DNA of 64,000 nt from Candidatus Levyibacteriota bacterium (GTDB lineage: Bacteria > Patescibacteriota > Microgenomatia > Levybacterales > UBA12049), in contig JBDRBE010000001.1 of the NCBI GenBank assembly GCA_043823085.1, positions 47,267 through 111,266 on the forward strand, read 5' to 3'. The position numbers and the translations under genes are program-made. The notes beneath the pieces were generated by a model. That model did not search any database. It was not told the DNA's origin and saw only the letters and a program-made list of their open reading frames with translations. Below are positions 43,944 through 54,176 of the stretch, piece after piece (within the stretch, counting starts at the first letter, position 1; every line of letters begins with the position of its first letter).

Positions 43944-44294
43944 ATGGCAAAATGTGAAAAAGAGGGTCCCAAAATTCCCGACACGACAGTTAGTTTTAAT
44001 AAGATCTGGGAACTGGGAGGAGAATACCCTGTGGTATCTTTTCCTACAAAAGACTATGAAATCGTTTTGATTCGATATTCCTGGGGTAACCATGCAACTC
44101 CTGATGAAAGAAGAATGGTTATCTGCTTAACAAAGCATGGAGCAAAAGGAACAATGATATTTCGTATGTCCCCTGTGGAACTTGATGTGGTTGACCTTAA
44201 ACCACCTGTAAACACAACAAATGAGGGCAACTTTTTACAAGTTCAACAATTTTTATCCAATCAATTTGAGCTCGGAGCCAGAGAGACTGTTTAA
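43944..44294 (+). CDS. hypothetical protein
   Basis: 116-aa ORF. No motif recognised. Confidence 0.35.
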   Translation: MAKCEKEGPKIPDTTVSFNKIWELGGEYPVVSFPTKDYEIVLIRYSWGNHATPDERRMVICLTKHGAKGTMIFRMSPVELDVVDLKPPVNTTNEGNFLQVQQFLSNQFELGARETV

Positions 44295-44300
44295 AATTTT

Positions 44301-44831
44301 CTACTCTATACAGCAGTCAACTACTTTTTTAACAAGGACGGAGAGTGTTCCCATAAAGCCGGATTTTTCCTTATCATGGCGGTTTAGCGCTTTCTCATCT
44401 ATTTTTTTAATATCTTTAGAATCAACCAGTTTCATATTCACTCCCCAAAAAAGAGAATACAAATCAAAAGATTTTTTAAAGAGGTCATAAGCCTCTTCTT
44501 TTTTGCCCATTCCCAATTGCTTTGTCCCAACTTCCATAAGTCGCATGGAAGCGGCAAGTAAATGTTTTGAAATGCACCAAATTTCTCCCTCATATTCTTT
44601 AATAATTTTTTTAAGGAGTTCTTTTCGCATTTCTCTTACTTCTTTGAGTAAATCGAAATATTTATTTTTTCCGGTCTTTTGGGCCGTAAAAAACAAGTGT
44701 TCCTCAATACTTACCAAATTCATAATGGCTATTGATAAATCTTGATCCGAGGAAAGATCCATTTTATCCTGTTTTTTCATTTTGTTGACTTTTGATAATA
44801 GTTCTTCCAGCTCTTTTGTTTTATTTTCCAT
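44301..44831 (-). CDS. hypothetical helical protein
   Basis: 176-aa ORF. No motif recognised. Confidence 0.4.
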   Translation of the reverse strand: MENKTKELEELLSKVNKMKKQDKMDLSSDQDLSIAIMNLVSIEEHLFFTAQKTGKNKYFDLLKEVREMRKELLKKIIKEYEGEIWCISKHLLAASMRLMEVGTKQLGMGKKEEAYDLFKKSFDLYSLFWGVNMKLVDSKDIKKIDEKALNRHDKEKSGFMGTLSVLVKKVVDCCIE

Positions 44832-44835
44832 AAAA

Positions 44836-45390
44836 TTATTTTTTTGTTATAAACCAAAATATGATACTTAAAATTACTAAAGGAATAACCGGCATTAGAG
44901 CTTTTTGGAATGGAAAATGAGCGCGCCCATCATTTTTTTCTTTCATTTTAAAATACCAAATCCCGCCCATAAAAAAGAAAATGCTGCCAAAAATTATTCC
45001 AATCAATAATTTATCCATTCCCCAAATTCTATTATAAGGATGTCCCATGATATCGGTTTTGTAAAGCGGCAAAACAATTAAAAGATAATAACCAAGAGTT
45101 GTGATTATTTTCCGTCCTTTGAAAACAATTTTTCTTGAGTCTAAAAAACTTATGGTCCACATAATCATCGAAACTGTAAGACCTCCAATCCAAAGACCGG
45201 TAATAGTATCGTCAATTCCAAACCAGCGGGAAAGACCAACTCCGCCAATAACTGCAACTGTGCAAACCGGACATACTGCTAAAGCTTTTTGGGTAAAAGA
45301 AAGAAATAATGGTAAAAAAATTGCGGCTGAAAGAAATAGGCAGAATATTTTTCTCATAACGATTAATGTTTTGGAGATTGTTTGGCCCAT
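44836..45390 (-). CDS. hypothetical polytopic membrane protein
   Basis: 184 aa, four or five TM helices, CPVC motif after the first helix. Confidence 0.45.
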   Translation of the reverse strand: MGQTISKTLIVMRKIFCLFLSAAIFLPLFLSFTQKALAVCPVCTVAVIGGVGLSRWFGIDDTITGLWIGGLTVSMIMWTISFLDSRKIVFKGRKIITTLGYYLLIVLPLYKTDIMGHPYNRIWGMDKLLIGIIFGSIFFFMGGIWYFKMKEKNDGRAHFPFQKALMPVIPLVILSIIFWFITKK

Positions 45391-45478
45391 CTGGTCCCCC
45401 AGATCTTACCACTTGCCTTTTAATTCTATTCGAATACGGCTCGTGGAGCGATCAAAGTGGGACTTCGTCGGGCAAAAC

Positions 45479-45976
45479 TTATCTCTTTGGGCTCTGTTTG
45501 GCCCTCCTCGCTTTTCCGCCGGTACCAACTTTTCTTCTTTCTCTAATTCTTGAGTCGCGAGTCAGCATTCCTTTTTTCTTTAAAACCTTTCTGTGTTTTT
45601 CTCTATCAAGTGTCGAAAGTGCTCTTGCTAAACCATGAATCACCGCATCTAACTGCCCTTCTTTTCCTCCGCCTGAAACTACAATTGTTATTGTATATTT
45701 ATCAAGTGTGTCTGTCGCTTTAAAAGGCTCCATGTAGCTTGCCATCTGAACTTGCCCACCAAAATACTTTTCTATTGGCATTTTGTTTACATAGACTTTG
45801 CCTTCTTCCACTTTTTGCTCGCCAAAGAAAAGCTCTTCGCTAAGATTTTTATAAAGCCTGACTCTTGCCACAGCATTTTTTCTCCTGCCGACACTGGCAA
45901 TATAATCCTTCTTAGATTTTTTAATGTTTTTTGGTTCCTCAATTTGTTCTTCTTTTTTTTCTTCAGTTTTCGCCAT
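45479..45976 (-). CDS. rpsI: 30S ribosomal protein S9 (with Lys/Glu-rich N-terminal extension)
   Basis: C-terminus GGGKEGQ...RRKVGTGGKARRAKQSPKR. Confidence 0.9.
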   Translation of the reverse strand: MAKTEEKKEEQIEEPKNIKKSKKDYIASVGRRKNAVARVRLYKNLSEELFFGEQKVEEGKVYVNKMPIEKYFGGQVQMASYMEPFKATDTLDKYTITIVVSGGGKEGQLDAVIHGLARALSTLDREKHRKVLKKKGMLTRDSRIRERRKVGTGGKARRAKQSPKR

Positions 45977-46009
45977 AATAGTTATTTCGTACCTTTGATT
46001 TTGATTTTT

Positions 46010-46444
46010 TCAGCCAGAGGCTGATCGGCCTTTGGCCGAGATTTTATCTTGGTATGGATGCTCTTGCCCTTTAAAAACAAAAAGTCTCCCAAGCATCCTG
46101 TCTCTTAATTTATTCTGGGGAAGCATTCCTTTTACTGCATGAATTATAACATCTTCCGCTTTTCTTTGTTTTAATTTTCCTAAAGTTTCTGTTCTTAATC
46201 CTCCGGGGTATCCGGAGTAATTATAATATTTTTTCTGCTCGTCCTTTTTACCGGTTGTTTTTACCAAACTGCAATTAATTGCAACAACAAAATCGCCGCA
46301 ATCTAAATTTCTTACAAAATAAGGTTTTGACTTTCCTATAAGCAAATTTGTGATTTCGCTAGAAACTCTCCCTAAAACTTTACCCTTTAAATCTATCAAA
46401 TGCCACGCCCTTTTGATATCCGATTGTTTTGTTGATGTTGTCAT
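46010..46444 (-). CDS. rplM: 50S ribosomal protein L13
   Basis: KRAWHLIDLKGKVLGRVSSEI ... YSGYPGG. Confidence 0.9.
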   Translation of the reverse strand: MTTSTKQSDIKRAWHLIDLKGKVLGRVSSEITNLLIGKSKPYFVRNLDCGDFVVAINCSLVKTTGKKDEQKKYYNYSGYPGGLRTETLGKLKQRKAEDVIIHAVKGMLPQNKLRDRMLGRLFVFKGQEHPYQDKISAKGRSASG

Positions 46445-46465
46445 TATTTCTTCTCCTTCTTTGTT

Positions 46466-46936
46466 TTAGTCTTGGGTTTGGTTGTCGCTACCTGTATGGT
46501 TTTTTTTGGTTTTAGTTTCATTTTTAACTTCTCCCTTTGGCGATACAGGTTGCGACACCGACACCTTAGAACCTTCTTCTTTCTGCTCCCCCTCTGTCCA
46601 TTCTAAAAAAACCATTAATGAACCGTCTTGCCTTCTTCCAATTTTAATAATTCTTGTGTAACCGCCATTTCTTTTTGAAAATCGTTTAGCCGTATCGGAA
46701 ATAAATTTATCCATTGCGTTTGGAGCAAGATATCGCTGCAAAAAATTATTTGCCAACACTCCGTTTTTCTTAACCTGCGTCACCAATTTGTCAACCTGGC
46801 CTTTTATTGACTTTGCCTTTGCCTCGGTTGTTTTTATTCTTTCCTCTAAAACCAAAGATGACATTAAACCCTTGAAAAGAGCTTTTCTTTCATTTTTATC
46901 TCTCTTTAATTTTCTTCCAAAAACATTCTTTCTCAT
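46466..46936 (-). CDS. rplQ: 50S ribosomal protein L17 (C-terminal extension)
   Basis: The true start is MRKNVFGRKLKRDKNER at 46936. The listed ORF start at 46984 reads through the repeat-rich intergenic region. Confidence 0.85.
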   Translation of the reverse strand: MRKNVFGRKLKRDKNERKALFKGLMSSLVLEERIKTTEAKAKSIKGQVDKLVTQVKKNGVLANNFLQRYLAPNAMDKFISDTAKRFSKRNGGYTRIIKIGRRQDGSLMVFLEWTEGEQKEEGSKVSVSQPVSPKGEVKNETKTKKNHTGSDNQTQD

Positions 46937-47052
46937 AATAAAAATCTCAAACCTCAAAACGCAAATCTCAAAACTACAATGCAAATCTTAAATCTTGATA
47001 TTTTGAGATTTACAGACGTAGATTTGACATTTGAGATCTAAGATTTGAGATT

Positions 47053-47976
47053 CTATACTGTTAGTGAAATTCCTTTTTCGCGAAGTTTTTCTTCAATAAT
47101 TGAAATGGATTTTCCGCCCATATTGCGCATACTCATCAAATCTTTTTTGGTTGTTCCCAAAAGCTGACCCAATGTTTCTATCCCGCCGTTTCTTAAACTA
47201 TTATAAATTCTTGTCGGTAAATCCAACTCATCGATTGTCAATTTTAATATATCTTCCGAAATTGAAGGACTAATGGCAACTCCTTCGTTTGGCATAGGCG
47301 CTTTTGGTTCATAAATTTGTAAAAAATAAGAGGCAATAATTTTGGCCGCTTGGGTAATAGTTTCTATGGGTGTTACCGTACCGTTTGTCCAAACGTTCAT
47401 GATTAATTTATCAAGATTTGTTTGTCTTCCAACACGTGTAGCAGAAACTTCATAATTAACGCGAGTAACAGGCGTAAAAATTGCGTCTGTTGGAATAACT
47501 CCTAAAGTACTTACTTTTCTATCTTCCGCCAAAGAATAACCAAATCCTTTTTCAATCGTTAATTCCATCTCGAGTTTTGCCTTTTTATCCGAAAGTGCTC
47601 CCAAGTAATGATCTTCATTAGTAACTTCTACCGATTCGGGTAAATCAAGGTCTTTTGCCTTAATTTCTTTGGGGCCATTAACCGAAAGTTTAACAATAGC
47701 GCTGTTTTTTGAATCAAGCAGTTTAAAATTTATTCCTTTTATATTAAGCAAAAGATCAACAACATTTTCCTTTAATCCCGGTATTGTTGAGAATCTGTGT
47801 TTTACCGAAGTTATTTTAACCGAGGTTACAGCCGCACCAGGAATTGAGGTCAAAAGAACTCTTCGCATAGCATTTCCAATTGTGTGACCAAAACCAGGCT
47901 CTAATGGCTCGATAACAAATTTCCCAAAATCCTGGGATGATGTTTCTTCTTTAACTTTAAAAATCGGATCAGTCAT
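47053..47976 (-). CDS. rpoA: DNA-directed RNA polymerase alpha subunit
   Basis: N-terminal domain FVIEPLEPGFGHTIGNAMRRVLLTSIPG and C-terminal alphaCTD helix-hairpin-helix. 307 aa. Confidence 0.9.
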   Translation of the reverse strand: MTDPIFKVKEETSSQDFGKFVIEPLEPGFGHTIGNAMRRVLLTSIPGAAVTSVKITSVKHRFSTIPGLKENVVDLLLNIKGINFKLLDSKNSAIVKLSVNGPKEIKAKDLDLPESVEVTNEDHYLGALSDKKAKLEMELTIEKGFGYSLAEDRKVSTLGVIPTDAIFTPVTRVNYEVSATRVGRQTNLDKLIMNVWTNGTVTPIETITQAAKIIASYFLQIYEPKAPMPNEGVAISPSISEDILKLTIDELDLPTRIYNSLRNGGIETLGQLLGTTKKDLMSMRNMGGKSISIIEEKLREKGISLTV

Positions 47977-47999
47977 AGATACAAAGAATTATTTTACCA

Positions 48000-48602
48000 C
48001 TATCTTGAATAATATTCAATAATCAATTGCGTGTCGAATGGAACCTGGAAATCGTCTTTTTTTGGCACTCTTACAAGTTTTCCCAAAAATCCTTTTCGTT
48101 TTAGAAAATCCAACATTTGTGGTTTTTCCTCTCCAGCATCAGGGGGAACCACATTTTTTTGCATTTTTTCCTCCAAAACAATTGTATCACCTTCTTTTAC
48201 CTGATAAGAAGGAATTGTTACTTTTTTACCATTAACCAGGATGTGTCCATGACCAACGTACTGCCTTGCCTGAAATCTGCTTTTTGCAAAACCCAAACGA
48301 TAAACAACACTATCAAGTCTTGTTTCCAAAAGCGCAATTAAAAGTTCCCCTGTTTCTCCCTTTTTACTTTGAACTTTATCAACTAAACCCTTTAACTGTT
48401 TTTCCAAAACTCCATAAATGGCCTTTGCTTTTTGTTTTTCTCGAAGCTGCTGACCAAATTCGGAAGGAGCTCTCCTTCTTTTTTTGCCATGAACTCCCGG
48501 TCGGACATTTAAACGCCTTTGCAGGCTTTGTGATGTCTTATCTAAAATATTTATTCCTTCTCTTCTTGCTAATTTATGTTTTGGTCCTCTATATCTCGAC
48601 AT
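48000..48602 (-). CDS. rpsD: 30S ribosomal protein S4
   Basis: [16 protein letters not shown]... Confidence 0.9.
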   Translation of the reverse strand: MSRYRGPKHKLARREGINILDKTSQSLQRRLNVRPGVHGKKRRRAPSEFGQQLREKQKAKAIYGVLEKQLKGLVDKVQSKKGETGELLIALLETRLDSVVYRLGFAKSRFQARQYVGHGHILVNGKKVTIPSYQVKEGDTIVLEEKMQKNVVPPDAGEEKPQMLDFLKRKGFLGKLVRVPKKDDFQVPFDTQLIIEYYSR

Positions 48603-49024
48603 TATACTCTCCTTTTCTTTTTGGGCCTTGGGCCGTTATGAGGAATCGGCGTGATATCAGCTATCATTGCTATTGAAAGACCGGCGCTGCGTATTGCCCT
48701 AAGCGCAGAATCTCTACCCGATCCAGGCCCTTTAACAAACACTTCAACTGTTTTTAATCCCTTTTCAAATGCCTTTTTGGCCACATCTTCCATGGCCAGC
48801 GTTGCCGCATATGGCGTTGATTTACGAGTTCCTTTAAAACCACGGGCACCTGCGCTGCTCCAAGCAATAGTATCGCCTTTATCATTGGTTATAGTTATCA
48901 AAGTATTGTTAAATGTAGAAATAATATATGCTTTACCTTTTTCGGAAATTTTAACTCCTGATTTTCTTTTTATTGCTTTCTTAACTTCTCTGCCCAAGGG
49001 TCGGGCCTCTTTTTTATCTACCAT
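48602..49024 (-). CDS. rpsK: 30S ribosomal protein S11
   Basis: [29 protein letters not shown]. Confidence 0.9.
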   Translation of the reverse strand: MVDKKEARPLGREVKKAIKRKSGVKISEKGKAYIISTFNNTLITITNDKGDTIAWSSAGARGFKGTRKSTPYAATLAMEDVAKKAFEKGLKTVEVFVKGPGSGRDSALRAIRSAGLSIAMIADITPIPHNGPRPKKKRRV

Positions 49025-49026
49025 AA

Positions 49027-49440
49027 TTATTCTTTCTTTTCCTCTTCTTTAACAACAATTCCCATTTTTTGAGCAGCCTCTTTCTTAATCGCACCAATCG
49101 TAACTCTCTTTCCTCTTTTGGTTCTGGCATTAGAACGAGTTCTCTGACCTCTAACCGGTAAATTTTTAGTATGCCTTGTTCCACGATATGCACTTATTTC
49201 TTTCAGCTGTTTAATATTCCCCATGACTTCTGTCCTTAAATCTCCTTCAATTTTATATTCTTCAAGGATTTTCTGAATTCTTTTTTGTTCGTCTTCGTTT
49301 AAAGCTTTTACTCTTTTAGAAATATCAACATTTGCTTTTTTAAGAACAACATAAACATTGCTTCTTCCTATTCCATAAAGGTAGGTTAAAGCAATGTCAA
49401 TTCTTTTTTCGTCCGGAATGTTTATACCTGAAATCCTCAT
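49027..49440 (-). CDS. rpsM: 30S ribosomal protein S13
   Basis: [25 protein letters not shown]. Confidence 0.9.
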   Translation of the reverse strand: MRISGINIPDEKRIDIALTYLYGIGRSNVYVVLKKANVDISKRVKALNEDEQKRIQKILEEYKIEGDLRTEVMGNIKQLKEISAYRGTRHTKNLPVRGQRTRSNARTKRGKRVTIGAIKKEAAQKMGIVVKEEEKKE

Positions 49441-49492
49441 ATATTTTTTTAATCTTAAACTATACGCTATGCGCTATTTGCCAAACACCATT

Positions 49493-49606
49493 TCATCCTT
49501 GTCTTTGCTTGTGCCTTGGATTATCACAAATTACACGTAAAACTCCTCTTCTTTTGATAACCTTGCATTTTACGCATCTTGGTTTAACACTTGCTTGCAC
49601 TTTCAT
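49493..49606 (-). CDS. rpmJ: 50S ribosomal protein L36 (37 aa; absent from the ORF track)
   Basis: The minus-strand translation is [37 protein letters not shown], with the C-x2-C...C-x5-H zinc-ribbon L36 signature. It sits in the canonical infA-rpmJ-rpsM position. Confidence 0.8.
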   Translation of the reverse strand: MKVQASVKPRCVKCKVIKRRGVLRVICDNPRHKQRQG

Positions 49607-49686
49607 AATAACTAGCGTTTAGTTTACTAGCGTCTAGCGGTTAGTTGATTTCTTGAACTAGACGCTAAACGCTAATCTTCTAGACG

Positions 49687-49905
49687 CTACCTGTACCTGT
49701 AAACTATTCTTCCTTTTGTTTTATCGTATTCTGTCATTTCGACTCGAACTTTATCCCCCGGCAAAATCTTAATGAAATTCATTCTCATTTTGCCGGATAA
49801 ATGACAAAGCACAATATTTCCATCGGAAAGTTCTACTCTAAAAAGAGTATTCGGAAGAGATTCCTTAACTACTCCTTCAACCTCAAACGATCCCTGATGA
49901 ACCAT
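49687..49905 (-). CDS. infA: translation initiation factor IF-1
   Basis: 72-aa S1-like OB fold ([31 protein letters not shown]). Confidence 0.9.
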   Translation of the reverse strand: MVHQGSFEVEGVVKESLPNTLFRVELSDGNIVLCHLSGKMRMNFIKILPGDKVRVEMTEYDKTKGRIVYRYR

Positions 49906-50053
49906 ACAATAAAAATTTCTAATTACTAATTGACCTAATGACTAATCAATTTTCTAAATTACCAATTTCAAATTTGGGATTTGATTAGAAATTAGACATT
50001 AGAAATTAGAAATTAATTGAACCTATTATAGCAAAATAAACAGAACTCTGCAA

Positions 50054-50815
50054 TTATGCAGTCAAAATGATTGGTCCTTCTTTGGTAACTGCAACCGTGT
50101 GCTCAAAGACGGCTGATAAACTACCATCTTTAGTAACAATTGTCCAGTTATCTCTGCCCGAAAGCACAACCTCGCTTTTTCCCATATTGTAAATTACCTC
50201 AATGGCAATAGTCATCCCCTCTCTTAAAGCAGGAGTTTTTTCAATTTGAGTACCATCTAAAAATCCGGGAATTCCCGGCTTTTCATGCAGATTTTTTCCT
50301 ACACCATGCCCAATAAGCCTTCTAACCACAGAATATCCATTTCCCTCAACAATCTCCTGAATGGTCTTTGAAATGTGCCCGATTCTATTTCCGACTACAG
50401 CCATTTTTATCGCTTCTTCAAGCGCTTTTTCACCCGTTTTTAAGAATTTATCAACCTTGTCATTTTTATTGAGTGGCAAAACCCTTTTGGTTTTACAAGC
50501 ATCTGTATTAAATCCTTTGTAAAAGACTCCGCAATCAATTCCCGCAACATCGTCTTCCTTGAACCTGTAATTGGTAGGTATACCATGAACAACCGCATCA
50601 TTGGTTGAGGTGCAAAGTGTGTAATTATATCCTGGTACTTTTTTAAATCCCGGCTCGCCACCCCTTTTTATAATAAAATCTTGCGCCAACTTATCAAGTT
50701 CTAATTCCGAAACCCCCACTTTAAGATGATTTAAAACTTCTGTTATAACCCCTGACAATATTTTCCCTCCCTGTGCCATTTTTTCCAAATCTTGCTTTGA
50801 TTTAATGGTGATCAT
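50054..50815 (-). CDS. map: methionine aminopeptidase type I
   Basis: 253 aa. Metal-ligand pattern (D...D...H...E...E) of MetAP-1. Confidence 0.9.
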   Translation of the reverse strand: MITIKSKQDLEKMAQGGKILSGVITEVLNHLKVGVSELELDKLAQDFIIKRGGEPGFKKVPGYNYTLCTSTNDAVVHGIPTNYRFKEDDVAGIDCGVFYKGFNTDACKTKRVLPLNKNDKVDKFLKTGEKALEEAIKMAVVGNRIGHISKTIQEIVEGNGYSVVRRLIGHGVGKNLHEKPGIPGFLDGTQIEKTPALREGMTIAIEVIYNMGKSEVVLSGRDNWTIVTKDGSLSAVFEHTVAVTKEGPIILTA

Positions 50816-51378
50816 TTTGCTTTTATCCCTATTCTCTCAAGAAGAGCGTCCACACCGGAGTATAAATCACTGATTGAATTACTATTGTTATCAATCGAAT
50901 AGTCGGCTATGGCTATTGGTCCGGCTTTGTTAAGATTTTCAATCTCTTTAATATCCCGAAGATAACATTTTTCCAAAGGAACCGGACGGACTTTTCTTTG
51001 TGATAGTCTTTGATAACGTTTTTGCGCTTCGACAAAAAGATGGATTAAGATAAGATTATCCAATTTTTCTTTTAAGAATTTATATTCCTCCCAGGAATAA
51101 AGACCGTCGAGAACTAAATAATCGCTTGCTCTCAATGCTTCTTCAATTTGTGACCATGATTTAACAGCATATGCATTCATTCCAAAATCTTTTCTAATTT
51201 TCTCTCTAAAATTCTGTTCGTTCTCTGGAGTTAAAGGAAGATTTGCACTTTCTAATCCATCGTCTGTAATATTACCGAATCTTACAAAAGGGATTCCTTT
51301 TTTTTCTAAATAAACTGTTGCTTCACTTTTACCTGACCCTGGCATTCCAACAAATGCCAAAACTATTTTTTTATTCAC
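50812..51378 (-). CDS. P-loop nucleotide kinase-like protein (adenylate/dephospho-CoA-kinase fold) inserted between adk and map
   Basis: 188 aa. P-loop GMPGSGKSE and NMP-kinase-like length. Not the canonical adk, which is adjacent upstream. Confidence 0.45.
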   Translation of the reverse strand: MNKKIVLAFVGMPGSGKSEATVYLEKKGIPFVRFGNITDDGLESANLPLTPENEQNFREKIRKDFGMNAYAVKSWSQIEEALRASDYLVLDGLYSWEEYKFLKEKLDNLILIHLFVEAQKRYQRLSQRKVRPVPLEKCYLRDIKEIENLNKAGPIAIADYSIDNNSNSISDLYSGVDALLERIGIKAK

Positions 51379-51919
51379 TTTCTTTCTTAATTTTTTCCAT
51401 TATCTCTTTATGAATTTCTCCAACCGATTTTTCCCCATCAACCTCAATTAAAATTCTTTTTTTACGGTAAAAGTCCAAAACCGGCTCTGTAAATTTATGA
51501 AATGAATGGATTCTTTTTCGAATAGCCGCCAAGGTTTCATCGTCGCGCGATTCGCCGTTTCGATAAGAAAGTCTCCATAACGCTTCTTTATCGGAAACGT
51601 TTAAATAAACGACGTCGTTAACATGATTTTCGAAAGCTTTTGCCTGACCTAGCGTTCTTGGAAAACCATCAAGAATATAACCTTTTTGATATTCATCGCG
51701 CTTAAGATAAGTTGAAACGATTAAAAGTGTTTTTCTGTCAGGAATAAGATACCCGGCATTCATAACTTCTTTAATGTAACGACCAAGTTTAGAATGTTCC
51801 TTGGTCAAACTTCTGAAGATGTGGCCGGTTGAAAGATAAGGAACATTAAACTTTTCGGACAATAAATTCCCTTGCGTTGATTTTCCCGAACCTTGAATAC
51901 CAATTAAAATAATCTTCAT
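51371..51919 (-). CDS. adk: adenylate kinase (short form, no zinc lid)
   Basis: [32 protein letters not shown] ... GFPRTLGQ. Confidence 0.85.
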   Translation of the reverse strand: MKIILIGIQGSGKSTQGNLLSEKFNVPYLSTGHIFRSLTKEHSKLGRYIKEVMNAGYLIPDRKTLLIVSTYLKRDEYQKGYILDGFPRTLGQAKAFENHVNDVVYLNVSDKEALWRLSYRNGESRDDETLAAIRKRIHSFHKFTEPVLDFYRKKRILIEVDGEKSVGEIHKEIMEKIKKESE

Positions 51920-53202
51920 TTTAAAAAGCCTTCGTAATTTCTCATTACCAGTTGCGACTCAATATTTTTAACTGTTTCCAAAACTACCGAAACGACAATC
52001 AAAATTCCTGTTCCTCCCAAAAGAAGTGTTTCAACCCCAGTAATCATTCTACCAATTGTAGGAAAAATTGCAATTGTTCCCAAGAAAATTGCGCCGGCCA
52101 ATGTAATCCTTGTTAAAATATAATTTAAAAAATTGGCTGTTGGAATACCCGGTCTAATGCCCGGAATAAACCCGCCGTACTTTTGTATTTCTTCGGCTAT
52201 TTTTTTTGGATTAAAAATTACTGCCGTATAAAAATAAGTAAAACCAACCACTAAAATAAAGTAAAGAACGTTATAAATAACTCCTTCCGGATTAAAAAAC
52301 GAGGTCATACCAACTGCCAGATTATGCAAGCCAGGATTTTTTGATGCAGTTAAATAATTAGCAATTAACGATGGCATTAACACCAGGGAAACGGCAAAGA
52401 TAATCGGGATTACACCCGCCTGATTTAATCTAAGAGGAATATGTGTTGATTGCCCCCCATACATTTTATTACCTCTTACTCTTTTGGCATAATAAACCGT
52501 AATCCTTCTTGTGGCCTCATTAATGATTATGATTGAGGAAATAACAAGAAGAGCAAGTCCTAAGAAAACAAGAATGTTAAAACTGTTTTCGGCAGTTGTT
52601 GTCGAAGCGGTTTGACCAAAAGCAATCGGTAGTCTTCCGACAATTCCCGCAAAAATAAGAAGGGATATTCCGTTCCCAATACCTTTTTCCGAAATCAACT
52701 CTCCAAGCCAAACCAAAAGCATCGTTCCCGCTGTCATGGTAAGAATAAATGAAACAAGACCAAGAGGCTGTAAAGTCGTAATAATATTTTGACTCCGAAG
52801 AAGCGCGTACATGCCAACTGCCTGCATCATTGCAAGCGGAACTGTAATCATTCTTGTATATTGATTTATTTTTTGACGGCCACTCTCTCCTTCTTTGGAT
52901 AACTCTTCAAGCTTTGGAATAACCATCGTTAAAAGCTGCAAGATAATTGAAGCATTGATATAAGGATTAAGCCCCAGGGCCATAACCGAAAAATTTGCCA
53001 GCGTCCCTCCGGAAAAAATATCCAAAAGACCTAAAAATTGATTCTGGGAAAAAAGTGCTTTGAGGCTGACTAGATTTACTCCCGAAACAGGAATATGAGC
53101 AAAAAGTCTAAAAACAACAAATATTGCCATCGTAAACAGAAGTTTTTTTCTAACATCTTCTGCTTTAATGGCATTTCTAAAAATCGAAAGATAATTTTGC
53201 AT
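51916..53202 (-). CDS. secY: preprotein translocase SecY
   Basis: 428 aa, 10 TM helices, SecY signatures. Confidence 0.95.
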   Translation of the reverse strand: MQNYLSIFRNAIKAEDVRKKLLFTMAIFVVFRLFAHIPVSGVNLVSLKALFSQNQFLGLLDIFSGGTLANFSVMALGLNPYINASIILQLLTMVIPKLEELSKEGESGRQKINQYTRMITVPLAMMQAVGMYALLRSQNIITTLQPLGLVSFILTMTAGTMLLVWLGELISEKGIGNGISLLIFAGIVGRLPIAFGQTASTTTAENSFNILVFLGLALLVISSIIIINEATRRITVYYAKRVRGNKMYGGQSTHIPLRLNQAGVIPIIFAVSLVLMPSLIANYLTASKNPGLHNLAVGMTSFFNPEGVIYNVLYFILVVGFTYFYTAVIFNPKKIAEEIQKYGGFIPGIRPGIPTANFLNYILTRITLAGAIFLGTIAIFPTIGRMITGVETLLLGGTGILIVVSVVLETVKNIESQLVMRNYEGFLK

Positions 53203-53206
53203 AAAA

Positions 53207-53650
53207 TTATCCTAAATCTATTTTACCACCGGCTTTTTTAATTTTCTCTGCCGCTTTTTTAGATGTTTTTAATCTAACTGTTAATGGAACTTTAATTTCG
53301 CCTTCACCCAAAATTTTTACCCCGTAAGATTTTGCCTGATTTTCATCGACAATTCGGTGTTGAACTAAAGTTTTAATATCAACAATACTATTTTTTGGTA
53401 AAAGATTTAACACTTTAATATTGATAATTATCGGTGCTTTTTTAAAAGCTTTATTCTTATCTTTTCCGCGTCTAAAAGGAAGGCGTTTGATAAGCGAAAC
53501 TGCTCCTCCTTCGAAAGAAAGAGAAATTTTTCCTCTCGCCTTTTGTCCTTTAGTGCCTCTTCCCGAAGTTTTAACCCGACCGGAACCATGTCCCTGGCCA
53601 AGTCTTCTTTTTGTTCTCTTTTTTATTTTAGTTAAATTTTGTAAATTCAT
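53207..53650 (-). CDS. rplO: 50S ribosomal protein L15
   Basis: [25 protein letters not shown]. Confidence 0.9.
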   Translation of the reverse strand: MNLQNLTKIKKRTKRRLGQGHGSGRVKTSGRGTKGQKARGKISLSFEGGAVSLIKRLPFRRGKDKNKAFKKAPIIINIKVLNLLPKNSIVDIKTLVQHRIVDENQAKSYGVKILGEGEIKVPLTVRLKTSKKAAEKIKKAGGKIDLG

Positions 53651-53681
53651 ATTTTATTTTCGGTTGAGAAAAGACAATATG

Positions 53682-54176
53682 TCATTTTTTCAATTCTTTT
53701 TTTATTTGCAATTTTTCATACCTTTGGGAAAGAATTTCAAGGGCTTTCATGGCGGCGTAAACATTGCTTGCTTGATTTTTTGTTCCAAGCACTTTTGAAG
53801 AAATATTGTGTATCCCTGCCGCTTCCACAATGCTTCTGATTGCTCCTCCGGCAATAACTCCGCTTCCAAGCGGTGCTGGTTTTAACAAAATTTTGGCTGC
53901 TCCAAGCTTCATACGAACTTCAAACGGAATTGTTCCGTTTACAGTCGGAACTTTAAGCATGTGTTTTTTAGCAACAGATATACCTTTTTTAATTGCCGAT
54001 GAAACATCCGGCGCTTTTCCAAGACCAACTCCAACCGACCCATTTTTATCACCAACCACAACAAGTGCAGAAAATCCGATTTTATTTCCACCCTTAGTTT
54101 TTTTGGAAACTCGGTTTACTTGAACTATTTTTTCTTCAAATTCGCTTTGATTGCCAAAATTATAATTATTCATCAA
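53682..54176 (-). CDS. rpsE: 30S ribosomal protein S5
   Basis: [36 protein letters not shown]. Only 31 nt separate it from rplO, so there is no rpmD (L30). Confidence 0.9.
   Translation of the reverse strand: MMNNYNFGNQSEFEEKIVQVNRVSKKTKGGNKIGFSALVVVGDKNGSVGVGLGKAPDVSSAIKKGISVAKKHMLKVPTVNGTIPFEVRMKLGAAKILLKPAPLGSGVIAGGAIRSIVEAAGIHNISSKVLGTKNQASNVYAAMKALEILSQRYEKLQIKKELKK

Noticed and set aside
45391-45478. Possible tRNA or small RNA in the GC-richer 88-nt spacer between the membrane-protein gene and rpsI
   Set aside because: No cloverleaf could be folded on either strand and there is no convincing terminator hairpin. It is left unannotated.
46937-46984. N-terminal extensions proposed by the ORF track. 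These are rplQ MHCSFEICVLRFEIFI, rplD MVKRMK...SKMGSL (61243-61431), the rpsC 5' extension (58595-58654), and greA MFPSVLNEGFFWKH.
   Set aside because: The extensions are read-through of repeat-rich or GC-rich intergenic sequence that lacks stops. Conserved r-protein and GreA N-termini start at the internal Met or GTG, which have proper SD sequences.
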